Positions 12,101-25,190 of a stretch of 64,000 nucleotides of DNA are shown piece by piece (the stretch's first letter is position 1; the number at the start of each line of letters is the position of its first letter). This DNA comes from Paramecium tetraurelia. Its lineage: Eukaryota. A model generated the notes under the pieces. It did no database searches, had not been told where the DNA came from, and was given only the letters and a program-made list of their open reading frames with translations. The position numbers and the translations under genes are program-made. Location of the stretch: assembly GCA_000165425.1 (NCBI GenBank), contig CT868441.1, forward strand, positions 186,001 to 250,000, written 5' to 3'.

Positions 12101-15100
12101 CTACTTCATAGAATAAAAATGTTATTGCCACTATTATTCTATAAGTACGCACAACATATTGAAGAGTATCTTCAGTGAACTTATTTTATAACAATTGAGA
12201 TTTGAATCTGAGAGTGATTGAATTTATGGAGTTTTCAGTCTCATCAGCAAATGCTCCGCTCAACATCTACTTAATGATTGGATCCATGTCTTCATCACCA
12301 TTAAAGAGCTTCCTTGCAAAGTAAGAGATTTTCTCTATCGTTGCTCTATGTAACTTGATTTGTTTAGCCAAATCACCTGAGATCTTATTATAGATTTTCA
12401 AGATCTCGTCATATTCCTTACTTGTCTAAATGGCCAGAGGCATAAAGAAAGGCCTGTTAATGTGATACAGTACCAAATTAAAGATGCAATGGATTGCTAC
12501 TATGAATACGAAGGAAAATAGAATTTAAACGGATGCTGCCCATTAATAGATGATGGAGATTGAATCAAATTGAAGAGATATCAGTGTATATAATCCAAAG
12601 GTTAATCCTATATTAAATACAAACTGTTTTTAGGTGATGTAGTTTCTTTGCACCAATTTCGAAGCATCTACAGTTAATAAGAGTAGAAAGAGGCCAGATC
12701 CTAATTCACTTGATGTTAGAACTATTCCATTTTGATTTGATAGATCTGCATATTAAGTGTATAGATTGATGAGCAAGGCTTGAATAAGTGGGAAGAATGT
12801 GATTCGTGCTATGTATTTACCAAACTTATTATGGTTCAACTCTAATTAATCATTTTTGAATACGAAATACATGAATTCATTGTGATTGAAATTTTCAACC
12901 TTCTCACTGATTTCGCTTATAATAAAGGAACTTGAAAGTAAAAAGAAGATGTTGGAGTGAAACTTTAAGTAATCCTTAGTTATCACAACAATTTCATCTC
13001 TAATCAATTAGGTCACACACAACAAATAGATTATTCCAAAACTTCTGAATAATGCAAAGATCAGAATTCTCTCAAAGTACAAAGCTGCCTTTCTGGAATC
13101 CAATGCTATCATTTTGTGTATCAACTCAAAATCCTTAATATAGACATCACTATTGTACAATGGTTCAATAAAACCATGATCTTATTTGTGCTAACAGAAC
13201 TATGATTCTTAATCCAATTATTTTATTGAAACTCTTCCATGTTAGAGATCTTCAAAATTATTCTTATCATGTGGAAAGATCTATCTTCCAGATTGCATTT
13301 AAAATGTGAAATCCGAATGATTAAATAAATTGATATCACTAAAACTATCTCCTATGGACAATATAAATTTATAATTCAACTTCCTATCTTTTAGTAATTT
13401 AATTAAAATCGACTTCTATTATGGTGTCATCCGATAACCAATGAAATTAGAGGTAAATTGAAATAGGAATTAAAAATGTTTCTTTAAATAAGCATCTCTT
13501 AAGATCTACTCTAAAGATTCTCCGCTTATCACAATTTGAAATGGTTTTATATGTAAATTCTTCTATCCACTCGAAATCCATCTCGGACTACAAGTAAATG
13601 AGCCTTTTTTATGAATTAAAGTATCTGAATGTTTTAATTCTTTCTTATTTGAATGTGATCTCAATTAACCACTCAAACTTTATAACAATTGTTTTAATTA
13701 TAGGAACAATTCATCCTAAGTTTTTGCTTAGATATGAACCACCGTATCATTTTGATTTAACAATTAAACCCTATAGGCTATAGGTAACACTTTCTCATAA
13801 TTGTCTCCACTAACTACCCAACATGGGAGTCCTAATTATTTGATATAATTTAATGTTGGAGTCACATTCTTATTGACTTTTTCTTGTACTCCTATCACAC
13901 TCACAAGATCGCAATTCTTTTCGAATTCATGCATCAAAAACTAATACTCATGCATGAATTCAATTTTATTTGATTGAATGTCTAATAATTTATTGGCCTC
14001 TTTATTGAAGGTCTGCATTTAGCTTTCAGTCATCAAACTTCTATAAAACAACACTGGTCTGCTACCTTAGACTTGTAAGTCCTTAATCATTAGATCTAAT
14101 TTAGCCACTTAATCCTTTTCCAAAGACAAACAACCTATCATATCTAAGCTGTCATCTCTTAAGTATTACAAGTATTGTGAGTCTTCATTCTCTAATCCTA
14201 ATTTGGTGCATAATTCTTCTTGCAATTTGATAATGATACTAAATTTTCTGGAATTAAACGAATGTAAAGACATGACATCAATCAAATGGATTTCTTCCCC
14301 ATCTTGAATTACATATCTCATTTGATTTTCCTATTTGCTCCTACAAATGAATTTAAAACCATAATGCTTGCACAAATATAACTACTACTTATCCAACTCT
14401 GAACTATATTCATAGAAGAACGAGTCATCACTTTTTTAATAAAGTGATCTTGTGTTCTAACATACCACTAAAGCGAACATGGCTTCAAAATAATGAGGTT
14501 TGAATTCATCATCTTGAATTCTTCTAATCAAAGTGATTTCATTTCCAGAGAACTCCACTTCTGAGACTATTTCTAAATTTGATGGAATTCTAGGAGCATG
14601 GAACTTTTAACTACCTCTTTAGTAAGTCAATTATCTTTTGCTTTCATGGAGACTGTTGACAATGAGACTGCTGCCTCTTGCTAAAGATTACTTTTAAATT
14701 TAGGCTCCTTCAGCACTTTGATCGAATTGACTGCTGAGTTAAGATTCAGGTCTGAATCTGGGCGGTTAAGTACGATGCAACTCATCATATGGAGGATGAT
14801 CATCATCTAAATCTTCTATTTTGAAATTGACCTCTTCATTATTATTGCATTTAATCATGGGAGTAGATTCAGGTTCTAATCTTTCATCGATTGGTTGATT
14901 CAATTCCTGTCTTATTTTAGTTTGCTTGAGTGCATTTTGAAACTCCTTCTCTGCAAATGCTTTGTATCTCAATTTGTAGAGGGAATCAAAGATGAAGATC
15001 CATTTGATCTTAAAATTGGGCATCGTCAAAGTTCCAGTTTTATCAATAAGGACATGGTTTATCAATGATAAATTGGAAATCGGAGAGTAATTCACTTGCA

Positions 15101-16448
15101 AATGGTTTAATTTTATGTGTGCATTATCCAATAAGGGATTAATTTCTTTGAGTGGGTGCTTTGAGTTACCTTTTTCCTTAAGAAATAAGTAATTATTGTA
15201 CAACATTTGAGTGAAATAAAGTAGGTCAATCAGAAAGTAAAAATACAGAGGCAATAAACCAGAATAGTTCATTAATTAAAATTCTAAATTGTTATGATGT
15301 TCACCATAATATTCAATAGTATACTAAATCACACTGAGCAGGATTAAAGACAGTATGGCTATAAGGAAGTACAAATTCGCCTTTTTTTCAAAAAATAACC
15401 ATACTTTTCTTACATGTTTAAATGACTTATAGCATCTGCAATCAAGACCAACTGAGAGAATTACTCCAAACAAGTACAAGTCATTTAAGAGTAATTGTTC
15501 TCTGAAGAAGATGTTTTCTTTGTTTATTTCCAAAGGTTTTGGATCCTTCTTCAATTTTACCATGCCCTTATAATATTGATCTGAGTCAGTCTAATCATAT
15601 CTAATAACCCCATTCAAAATAGTGCGATAATCAAGCAATTGTATTTTGTGTTCTTTCGATATTGTAGTTAAGGGACATGCTCTCTTTCTAACTTCATTTG
15701 TATTTCCACTCATCACAGTATTGCTAGCCATACTAACTGATTGACCCATGTCCAAAATCAAGACATCGGCAGGACATATTTCATTATTTTTTAAATATAT
15801 GATATCCCCTACTTACAGTTAATCCCATCGCTTCATAGTAAATAAAGGAATTCTAGATTATTTGTCCTATCGATACGTCACAGTATCTATGCTTACTTTT
15901 CTCATGCAAATATCCTTTTGGTAATTGTTGTTATTAACCAAGTTTTCGTGCTCAACGATATTCTAATTTAGTGATTTCCTTCCTCCCAATTTAATTAAAT
16001 TTTGGGATGCAACACTTTAGACATTTTTTTTTAAATCAGCAAACACGGTTGCCTAACGAGAGTTGACGATTTCATCACGTTTCCGCTTTTGAGTATCGAA
16101 GTACAATTCAATTATTATGTGTATAGTAAATGTTAATAGAAGTGAAATTAGATAGTTGTAGTCTAATTAGATCATGTTGATGACAAATAAGTACAAATTC
16201 AGAAATCGCTTAAAAAATTTAATTATCAACACATATAAACAGTTAGTTAATGTGTATCGACTCGTCTTTACCAAATTGAATTGGTTTTCGTTTCCTCTCA
16301 CATTTACACTCTCTCCATTTTCCAAAACAATCTATTGATAGATGAATCATACCTTCTTTGAGTACTGTTAATTCTCATGCAAATGATCATTATTAGTCTA
16401 AGGAACTTCTGATTTGAATATTTAAGACAATCTTCTCAAAAGACCCAT
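9127..16448 (-). CDS. Alveolate-type guanylyl cyclase with N-terminal P4-type ATPase-like domain and two cyclase homology domains (about 2400 aa)
   Basis: ATPase part: WDQLQVGDII..NEICPADVLIL, LIDKTGTLT, WVVSGD, ILSIGDSFSD. First cyclase: VLFCDI, QKIETVGKTY, KPQFSLIGDTINTASR. Second cyclase: LLFADIAGF, YTIGDCY, RYDIYGPDVLIANKMES. Multiple TM segments. Confidence 0.95.
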
Positions 16449-16469
16449 TATAATAAAATTAATAAATTC

Positions 16470-16900
16470 ATTTCATATGAATAACTCCTCAATCTCTCCT
16501 TGAATTACTTATCAATCTGACTCTTCTTCTGCTCCAACTACAATAACTGCTACTACTCCTTCTCCCTCAATTGATTCTTCCACTGATTCTTCTAATTGGT
16601 CCTCTCATCTACTCCCCAATTCTTACCTACTTAATCTGAAGCTACCTAATAGATCTCTGGAATCTCGCATCCAATTCCTTTGCCAATCTCACAGGTACTT
16701 CGACTGGTAAGGTCAATTGCTTCAATGATTGCAGACTTGAATTCTCCTACTATTGAAATTTAAGAATATCATCCAATTTATACGAAATTTATTCAACATC
16801 TAGATTGATCTCAATCTCTACATTACTAATTTTGAGCCTATTTTAACCGCTCTCCGATCTCCTCCTATTGTTTAGTGATATAGTTTTTCGATTATTTGAT
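16470..16900 (-). pseudogene. Probable decayed gene (coding-like composition, no intact ORF)
   Basis: About 430 nt, purine-rich on the minus strand, with protein-like stretches (ISNVEIEINLDVEQISYKLDDILKFQQQ; QLREKEQQQLLQLEQKK) in different frames and no convincing start. Confidence 0.35.
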
Positions 16901-16914
16901 AATTATATATATAT

Positions 16915-18252
16915 TCATAATTTAATCCAAGCATCCACTTATTCCAAAACGCGAATTAGCTTAACTATTAGATCAGTTATACACTAAGCATCCTTCCTCT
17001 CAAAATAAGGATCCATGTTATGAGTCAATTTATAATTGGAAATTGCCTTGTTCAGTTCAAGAAACTGGTAATTCACCAATTGCCTATTGGGACTTAGATG
17101 ATTCAACATCACTGGCAATTGATTAGTATTTCGAGTCTTGATTTTATTATCCAAAAGATGAAGACTCCTATGTTAGAAGATGAGGTTCTTTCTGATTGGG
17201 TAATTAATGAGGCTTTTCCTCTTGCCATCCTAAACCAATTGATCCATTTTTTGTATTGCAACCTTATTGGGAAGAGTGTCGTCATCATTGAATATCAACT
17301 CGAATCCCTCTGCATCACTCGACACATTAATTTCATTATGTTCTACCAATCCGTAATTCTTCTTGCCCTTCCCAATTGATCCCTGCTCCAATTTCCTGAT
17401 GCCCAACACTCTCAAAGAAGAATGAGGTAACTTGAGTTAGCATTTGAATGTAATACCAAAATGGCTCCGTTTACCATCCTTTCATGAAAGATTGTGGCCT
17501 TATCGATGTCTCCCTCCTAGAAGTAGTACTTCCCCAAATATTCGTAAGCCTTCAATTCGTGATCCTTCTTGTTTAGTTTCCAACTGCACATCAAATATTT
17601 GGTAAAGTAGATTTTGGCTTGTCGGTTTCTTAATTTAAAAAAGCAGATTCCCAAGAGTTTGTAGGCCAACAATTTATATTTTAATAAATGCTCGTTGTCA
17701 GACATCCTCTTGACTATTTTGGCCAAGATTATGCTGAAGTAGAGCAATTTATAATGGCACACTACTTTGGCTAATTTTAAGTAGATGAATATTTTCAAGT
17801 CTATATAAATTACTTGTGGATCATACCTGGAATCTTGGATTTCATCACTTAATTGCTGATTTCGTTGATTATTCTTATCGCCTAATCTCGATCCTTCCGT
17901 TCTAAAAATAATTAATTTAATTGTATCAGAGTATTTTGGATGATAACTCTGTTTTATTACAACATCTCAGTACTCATGATATAAGGGTACAAACTTACAT
18001 CATCTATTGTTACTTTTCAGGCTGTCTTATCTCCTCCTTGATCTTGTCAATTTCCTCCTAAAATGCTAATTTTATATTTGAGATCATTAGAGCTTCTTTT
18101 ATAGCATTCCTTACTCTGACAGTTTGTCTACAAGTCAAATCACTCCTGAATCGAGAGTCATTAGTAGACTACAGTTGATCCTGACTGGTTTCGGTCTAAA
18201 TGTGTCCCGAATTCTTAGGTAAGCGCAATTAATTTCTTGGTCTTACTTTCAT
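16915..18252 (-). CDS. TPR-like helical repeat protein
   Basis: AYKLLGICF...AKIYFTKYL..SW...ELKAYEYLGKYYFQEGDIDKATIFHER. ATG 18252, TGA at 16915; introns include a 20-nt one. Confidence 0.7.
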
Positions 18253-18376
18253 ATTTTGATAAAATAATATAATTTGCAATTAAGTTCTAACTCTACATTT
18301 TCGATTAACATTGAAATATCGATAATGTCAAAACCAAAAACATTAATTATTATAGAATTTGTTAATAAATATACTG

Positions 18377-19497
18377 ATGGCCGAACATATCCCTGAAGAG
18401 AGAGCCCTTACAGAGGAGGAAAGACAAAAATACGACCGAGCAGGGTTTATTGGGCATCAAGTCCAAAAGAGGTAATAATGCTAAGTGTGACAATAGACTT
18501 TTAGCCTCCAATATATTAATCGTAAATATGACAGGGAGCAACACCGAATTAGCCAAAAATCTCATATTAGCAGGTGCCAACATAACCATTGTGGACAATG
18601 AGATAATCAATGAAAGGGACACTGATACCAATTTCATTTTTACGAAATAATTACTAGGATAAAAAGTACTCTATTTATTAGACATCATTTTAGAGAGGTT
18701 AAATAGCTCAAGAGGAACTCAAATTGATAAATCCGTTAGTAAAAATAGATTGGCTCCAGGAATTCCCAACTCCAGACAAACTCATCAAACACAATGGCAT
18801 AGTCACATCTACCACAGATTTTGAAGAAATGATCAAGTACGACAAATTGTCAAGGGAAATCAACATCCCTTATTACAATCTAGTGTGTTGTGGACACTAT
18901 GGGTTTATGTATATAGGATTGGGATCCAAATTCACATATGAAAGAGAGAAAAAAGTGGTTATGCAGATTGTGTTTGGGAAGAAATTGTAAGAATAGGATA
19001 GATACAGAGAATTTGAAGAAGTCATTGCTCACTCTGTTCCATTAGAGGAGACATTGAATTACAATTACAAACCTCAAGGGATGTTGATCAACACCATTTA
19101 TTATTGTCTTTTGATGATGAAAAAGGCACAAGAAATTCCAGAATTGAAAGCCTATGATCCATATCAACCAAATGACGAGTTATTGGACAAATTCACTTAG
19201 ATTGGCAAGGATATCTATAAGGCTGCAAATGGGAAGGATGCTACTGAAGAATAAGCAAATACATTTAGGGATTTTGCAAGACTTTATGGAATTGACTATT
19301 GTCCAGTGTACTCTGTTGTAGGCAGTGTGGCTTCATAGGAATTGATAATTTCAACTAGTAGAATTAACGAACCGGCTCTGAATTGGTTTTGTTATGACAG
19401 TGTGTAATCATATGGTTAAGTGGAGGTGATTTAGGATGTGTCATCATTCAAAGTTAGGGATTTACCAGAGAGAAAGCAATTAGTTCCCAAAGAATGA
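18377..19497 (+). CDS. SAE1: SUMO-activating enzyme subunit 1 (Aos1/SAE1-like, ThiF family)
   Basis: LTEEERQKYDR, ELAKNLILAG.NITIVD, ELKLINPLVKI and PVYSVVGSVASQELI match the E1 adenylation-half signatures; the size fits Aos1. Confidence 0.8.
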
Positions 19498-19611
19498 AAT
19501 ATATATTAAAATTTTTATGAATATTTTTAAAGTATTTTTGTTATGAATAAACAGTTTTACTATTTATACGCGTGAATAAAAAGTACGCAACATTATTATA
19601 AAAAATATAAA

Positions 19612-21685
19612 ATGTCAGCAACTTAAACTTAACATTTGATTTTTGGGTCAACTTGGCCCCAGGAAAATATGATCATCAAGTACTGTTCTTTACAATAGAG
19701 TTTTTAGAAAGTTCCTATCAACACTGCATTAAAGGTATATAAATTTTAAATCATTCCTAGATCAACAATTGGTCATGTGCCATTCCTTACAAGGATAATG
19801 AGATTCTAATAACAGGTGGATTGGGAAATACCAATAAAATAATCTCAAATGATGTCTATCTATTTAATACACAAACTAATTAGGTAAGGAATGTAACGCA
19901 TTTTAGTTAAGCCAATTTAGTTAATTCACCCAATCTAGATATGTTCATCAATGTGTAAGTCACAATGATAAGGTATATGTACTGGGAGGAAGACAATATG
20001 GCCCAGATTTCGAGAGTGTTCTATCACATTGTGAAGTCTATGAAGGAGGTGTGTGGAAGGTATTTCTATTTGAATTATCATAGACCATTTCCCCCATGAC
20101 CAAGAGAAGATCTAATTTCGGAGTATTCATCTACAATGATCAAATATATTGCATCGGAGGATTCGATGGAAAAAAAAATACAAAGTCTATCGAATACTAT
20201 GATGAAGTCAAAAACATTTGGGTTAGGAGTAAAATAAGGATGCCGAGAGGATTGGCAGGATTTCACTTGATCCCATTGGAAAATGAAAAAATAATGATTG
20301 TTGGAGGAATGACATTATAAGGACCATCCTAAGCTTGCATAGTCTTAAACCTGAAGAGTATTTATAATCTATTATACCCCTTAGATAATACATGTGTCTC
20401 ATACTCATAATTGAATTAAATTCGATCTCTATTTCATATGTTCAGAGATGAATTTGGTAATTATATTGTATATGGTGGAATGAATAAACAAAACACTTTT
20501 GAATTATTCAATTATGAGAACAAAATCTGGGAGGAGTTTCTGATAAATATGGATGAAAATGTTCAAGAAATCTTGAATTAGAATTTGAGAGGAATGTCCT
20601 CTGTTTAGTAGGTTTGTAGAGTAGAAAACTACTAATAACTTATGTAATAAAAATAAGAATTACAACTCTAACCAGATGATGTAGTTTTTATGTTTGGAAA
20701 CGATGAGTATCCATTTATACTCCCACTTCCTAAATAACCAACTGAAAATTTGAATCCCTTGGAAGTTCCAACATAATTATGTATGTATTCATACATGAGT
20801 GTCTGCTCAATTGATGCAGAATTGCCAAATTGCAGATAAATTCTCTTGGCAGGTGGCATTGATTCTAAAATATCATAAATTAATAAGAAGGCCTATTTAG
20901 TTACTATAATATTCCCAGAAATGAAGGTGAAGGTCAAGAAAGTTGGAAAGTTGAGTTATCATAGATATGCAGCCTCTTGTGTTTACAATGCTCCATATGT
21001 CTATTTCATAGGAGGAAGAGGATATTAGAATGATGTATTATCACTACACAGTACTGTGGAGAGATTCAATATTGATGAGGAGGAATGGGACTAAATTGCT
21101 CCCTTGAATGAGGCAAAATGCTCAATGACTGCTAATGTAATTGGAGAGAAAATCTATGTCTTTGGAGGATACGTTGGTGAAGGTAGATTCTTATAATTAA
21201 TGTATAGGACAAATTTCACATAAGATAGAATGTTACAATGAACAATCATAGGAATGGGATGTATTGAATATTGAATTGCCATTCTCATTAGAAGGGTTAT
21301 CGTCCATAGTTATAGATGATTAAGACTTATTCATCTTTGGAGGCAAAGGATTTGATGGTAGCAAGAAAGAAATCATACGATTCAATCTAGATGATTTAGA
21401 ATCGAACCAGAATGTGTCAGGGTATTCTATATATCAATAATCAATAGACAAATAGTGGGAACACTTTAACATTCTAGATCATTGCCTAAACCAATTTTAC
21501 TGGATGATAAAAACGTCTTAATTATTGGAGGTTATTTCTTTGACAATCCTGAAATCAACTTTGGAGAGATGTTTAACTTAGATAATCCTGAAGATTCCAA
21601 CAATGAATATGCCAATCAAATAGAATTAGCAATCATCTAGATGGGAGCCAACGATTCTATCAACTTATTCAGCATAACTAATTGA
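19612..21685 (+). CDS. Kelch-repeat protein (probably two beta-propellers)
   Basis: Repeated (I/V)(Y/L)xxGG...Y...W units: VYVLGG, IYCIGGFDG, MIVGG, VYFIGG, IYVFGG, FIFGG. Confidence 0.85.
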
Positions 21686-21716
21686 AACTATTAATTATAT
21701 ATATATTAATTTTAAA

Positions 21717-23185
21717 ATGAATTAATCATTAGTTTAAAACTAGTAGTCTTAGACCTCAATTAATTATGGGAATGTGAAGTATTCATTCAAATGTTTGCGT
21801 CGTCATCTTTTTAGGGATAAAGTTTATCATGTTCATGTACTTCACAATATGATTACTATCGGAGAGGTACACCAATAAACTAGAAGTAGCTATTTAATGA
21901 TCCAAATCCTAAGTATAAAATGGAGTTGAATCTCAAAAACACAGTTTATTGGAAATAAGAGCGTAGACAAAACAAAGCCTTCGGAATTAAATATAAGTAA
22001 GTAATTTAAACTAATATTTGAATAGAAAGAACGTAAAGTTTTTTGATGCTTCTCCTGAGCATTTAATAAAATTTCGTTAAGCCATCAGTTGTTTAATAGG
22101 GTTCCATTCTATTGAAGATCATTATAAGATAGATAGAATGATTGGACGAGGTTCGTTTTCTTAAGTCCATAAAGTTTATAGGTTACAAGACAATAAGGCA
22201 TTCGCTATGAAATAAGTGTCAAGCAAGTAGAAGACTGATAAGGAAAACATGGTATATATCAATTTAATTCAGTAATTATTGGAAAACGAAATTGGGATTC
22301 TTCATTCTTTGAACAATGAGGCCATCCTCAAAATATATGAGGTTTTTAGAATAGAAGAAAACCAATATGGCATTATAGTTGAATATGTTGATGGGATTTG
22401 TTTGGCCACACTCATTGAACAACTCAAAAAGAATCAAAATAAACTAAAAGAATACGATATCAAAATTATGTTGTAAGCAATTCTTAAAGCTTTGGTGGTC
22501 ATTCATTCGGAGTAAGTGATTCACAGGGATATTAAACCATAGAACATTATGATTTCTCAACAATCATTTAGAAATGTTAGAATTATTGATTTTGGATTAA
22601 GCATTAAAAACTAATTGTAATATAACAGATGTGGAACTCCTGGTTATATGGCTCCTGAGATAGTTAACATGAAAAAAGATGAACAAAAAGCTTGGACATC
22701 TCTATGTGATATTTTTAGTCTAGGCGTTGTGTTTTTCAAATTGTACAATATGACCACTAAATTAGATTATCCAAAGGTATCAGTTGCTTTTAAGGTCAAA
22801 CCTCAGATCAAGTCGTAGTGAGCAATAAAAAATGTTAGATCGACTGGACTATTGTTCAATAATTTAATTATTCGAAAAATTGCATCGTAAATCAATCCAT
22901 TATAATGTTAAGTCTTTATTAAAGGCAATGTTAGCTATAGATCCAGGAGAGAGGATTACTGCTGATCAAGCACTTTAGCATCCCTTCTTTGCTGATTTGC
23001 CACCAATTTTGGCAACAGACTTTGCAGGAAACTCAATGACATTTAAGTCGAAGAATCTGATAAATCAAACCATTGACAAGGCAAATCTCGATTCCATTGA
23101 AAGCTTCAATGATCTCTCTGGCATTTAGAAATAAAGAATTTACGTCAGAGAATTGAAGCCATCAAGGATTAGCAGAATAGTGTGA
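21717..23185 (+). CDS. Ser/Thr protein kinase (CAMK-like) with N-terminal PH-like region
   Basis: IGRGSFSQV, AMK, HRDIKPQN, IIDFGL, CGTPGYMAPE, DIFSLG. Confidence 0.9.
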
Positions 23186-23248
23186 TTTTATATTTTATGA
23201 TTTCATTTTTACATCTTTTTATATCAAAACGAAATATTTATATTTATT

Positions 23249-24651
23249 ATGTAATACACAGAAGATAACAGTAAAGAATTTTCAGATTTTTCTATCCTGA
23301 AAACCAAAAATAGCGAAACCCAAGTTGTCCAACCTACTGAAAATCCGTAAACAATCAAATTTGAACTATAGACCACCTATGAAGTTTACTTTTTAAGAGG
23401 CTGAAGAAATTATTCAAAAATTTCGTGTCTATAAACCTTAAAATAAACAGTTTAAATACGAAAGCCTACTAAAACTCTAGAATTGCAAACTCAAAATCTA
23501 CAAAGATTCATATTATTTTGGTTAATTAGTTAATGGAAAAAAGAACGGGTTCGGAGTGATCTTGAGTAATAATGGAAGAACATATGAAGGGTAATTTGAA
23601 AACGATAGAAAGCATGGATAAGGGTTTGAGAGGTTTCCTGATGGAGCTTCATATCATGGCACATACATAAATGGAAAACCTGATGGAGTAGGCAAATTTC
23701 TTTGGGCTAATGGTGAACTTTACGATGGGAGCTGGCAAAATGGATTAAAACATGGATAAGGGATATGGAATGGAATCAAAGGGGATTCATATGTTGGAGA
23801 ATGGAGAATGGGTAATCCTCAAGGCTTTGGAGTTCATGTGTGGGTGAATGGAGACAGATACGAAGGAGAGTTCCATAATAGTTTAAAACATGGAGAAGGA
23901 ATTGAGTATCTAATAAATGGAGATGTGTATAAGGGCTAGTATGTGAATGGGAAACCAGAAGGAGTTGGAGAATATTAATGGAGTTCAGGAAGTTACTATA
24001 ATGGCACTTTTTCAAATGGTCTAAGACATGGCAAGGGGTTGTGGATCAAAGATAGAAATGCCACTTTAACTGATAGTTATGATGGAGAATTTGTGAATGA
24101 TAAAAAATGCGGCTATGGAGTTTACAAATGGGCAAAGGGAAGTAAATATGAAGGGAACTTTTATGATGATCTCAGACATGGGTATGGAAGCATGTATTGG
24201 AATGATGGATCCTACTATATAGGCATGTGGGAGTAAGGATATTAATGGGGAGAAGGGGAATACGTAACATTATAATCTTAAATTTAGTGTAAAAAAGGAG
24301 AGCAACCTAAATTTGGAACATTTGAGAAAAATCTATTGGTTAGAGAAGATTAAGAAAAATTAATACAATATCATAGTAAATAACAACCTTAAATCCGCAT
24401 TAGATAATATACAAGTAAATAAATTAATTAGGTTTACATAGCTAGTTAAAGAAGTGTTAGATCTAATAGTCAAAGGCCAAGTAGCTAGAGTTAACAAAGA
24501 AATGTGAGGCCCAGTAGTGTTAAGAGTGTTAATTAAGTCAAACAAGGATCGATGGGCAATAATTAATTTTTTTGTAAGAAAAAGAGATAACCATCATTAC
24601 CAAAATAAACATTTGATTTCGATTTTTGAAGGTTTTCAAAAAATGATTTGA
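23249..24651 (+). CDS. MORN-repeat protein
   Basis: About ten YxGx(W/F/Y)xxGxx(H/D/E)GxG repeats. The exact 3' end is uncertain (24629 or 24651). Confidence 0.85.
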
Positions 24652-24796
24652 TTTCTACTTCATTTTTAGATTTATTGAAAAAATGATCTAAAATATTCCG
24701 AACTTCTTATTTAAATCTCATTGTTTAATTTATTTATATTATTATTGGAGCTGAATTGAGGGTTGATTAATAATTTTAAATACTGATCTATATAAT

Positions 24797-25165
24797 TCAT
24801 CCAATTAAAAAATGCTTTGTCCCAAGTAGACATCCACATTCTGAACAATAATGTTGTACATCTTTAAACATTTTTAGGAAATAAACAAGAATCGCCAAAG
24901 GAATGGTAAGAATAAATACAACAAACAAAAGTATTAGTAAATAAGCACCTTTTCCAGTTTTGTATTCTAATTTAGTATTAGATACTTTTTGACAATTGAT
25001 ACACTATAATTTTTGAGATTCTCTACTTTAAGGTACCTTTGGATACGCAATATCAGTTTGGCTAATAAGAGGTAAATCTCCATTTAGTGATATAAGAACT
25101 TATTTAGTTGTTTAGCATGGTTCAGTTCGTAATTCTGTACTTTTATTATCAAGTTGATATTTCAT
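24797..25165 (-). CDS. LITAF-like zinc-ribbon membrane-associated protein (122 aa)
   Basis: CINC..TKLEYKTG, a hydrophobic stretch, then KDVQHYCSECGCLLG. Intronless. Confidence 0.9.
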
Positions 25166-25190
25166 TTATATTATATATATATATATTTAA

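Noticed and set aside
16477..16878. Plus-strand ATG-to-TGA frame with three internal TGA (possible selenoprotein or readthrough)
   Set aside because: The product is low-complexity with no redox motif or visible SECIS, and composition favours the minus strand.
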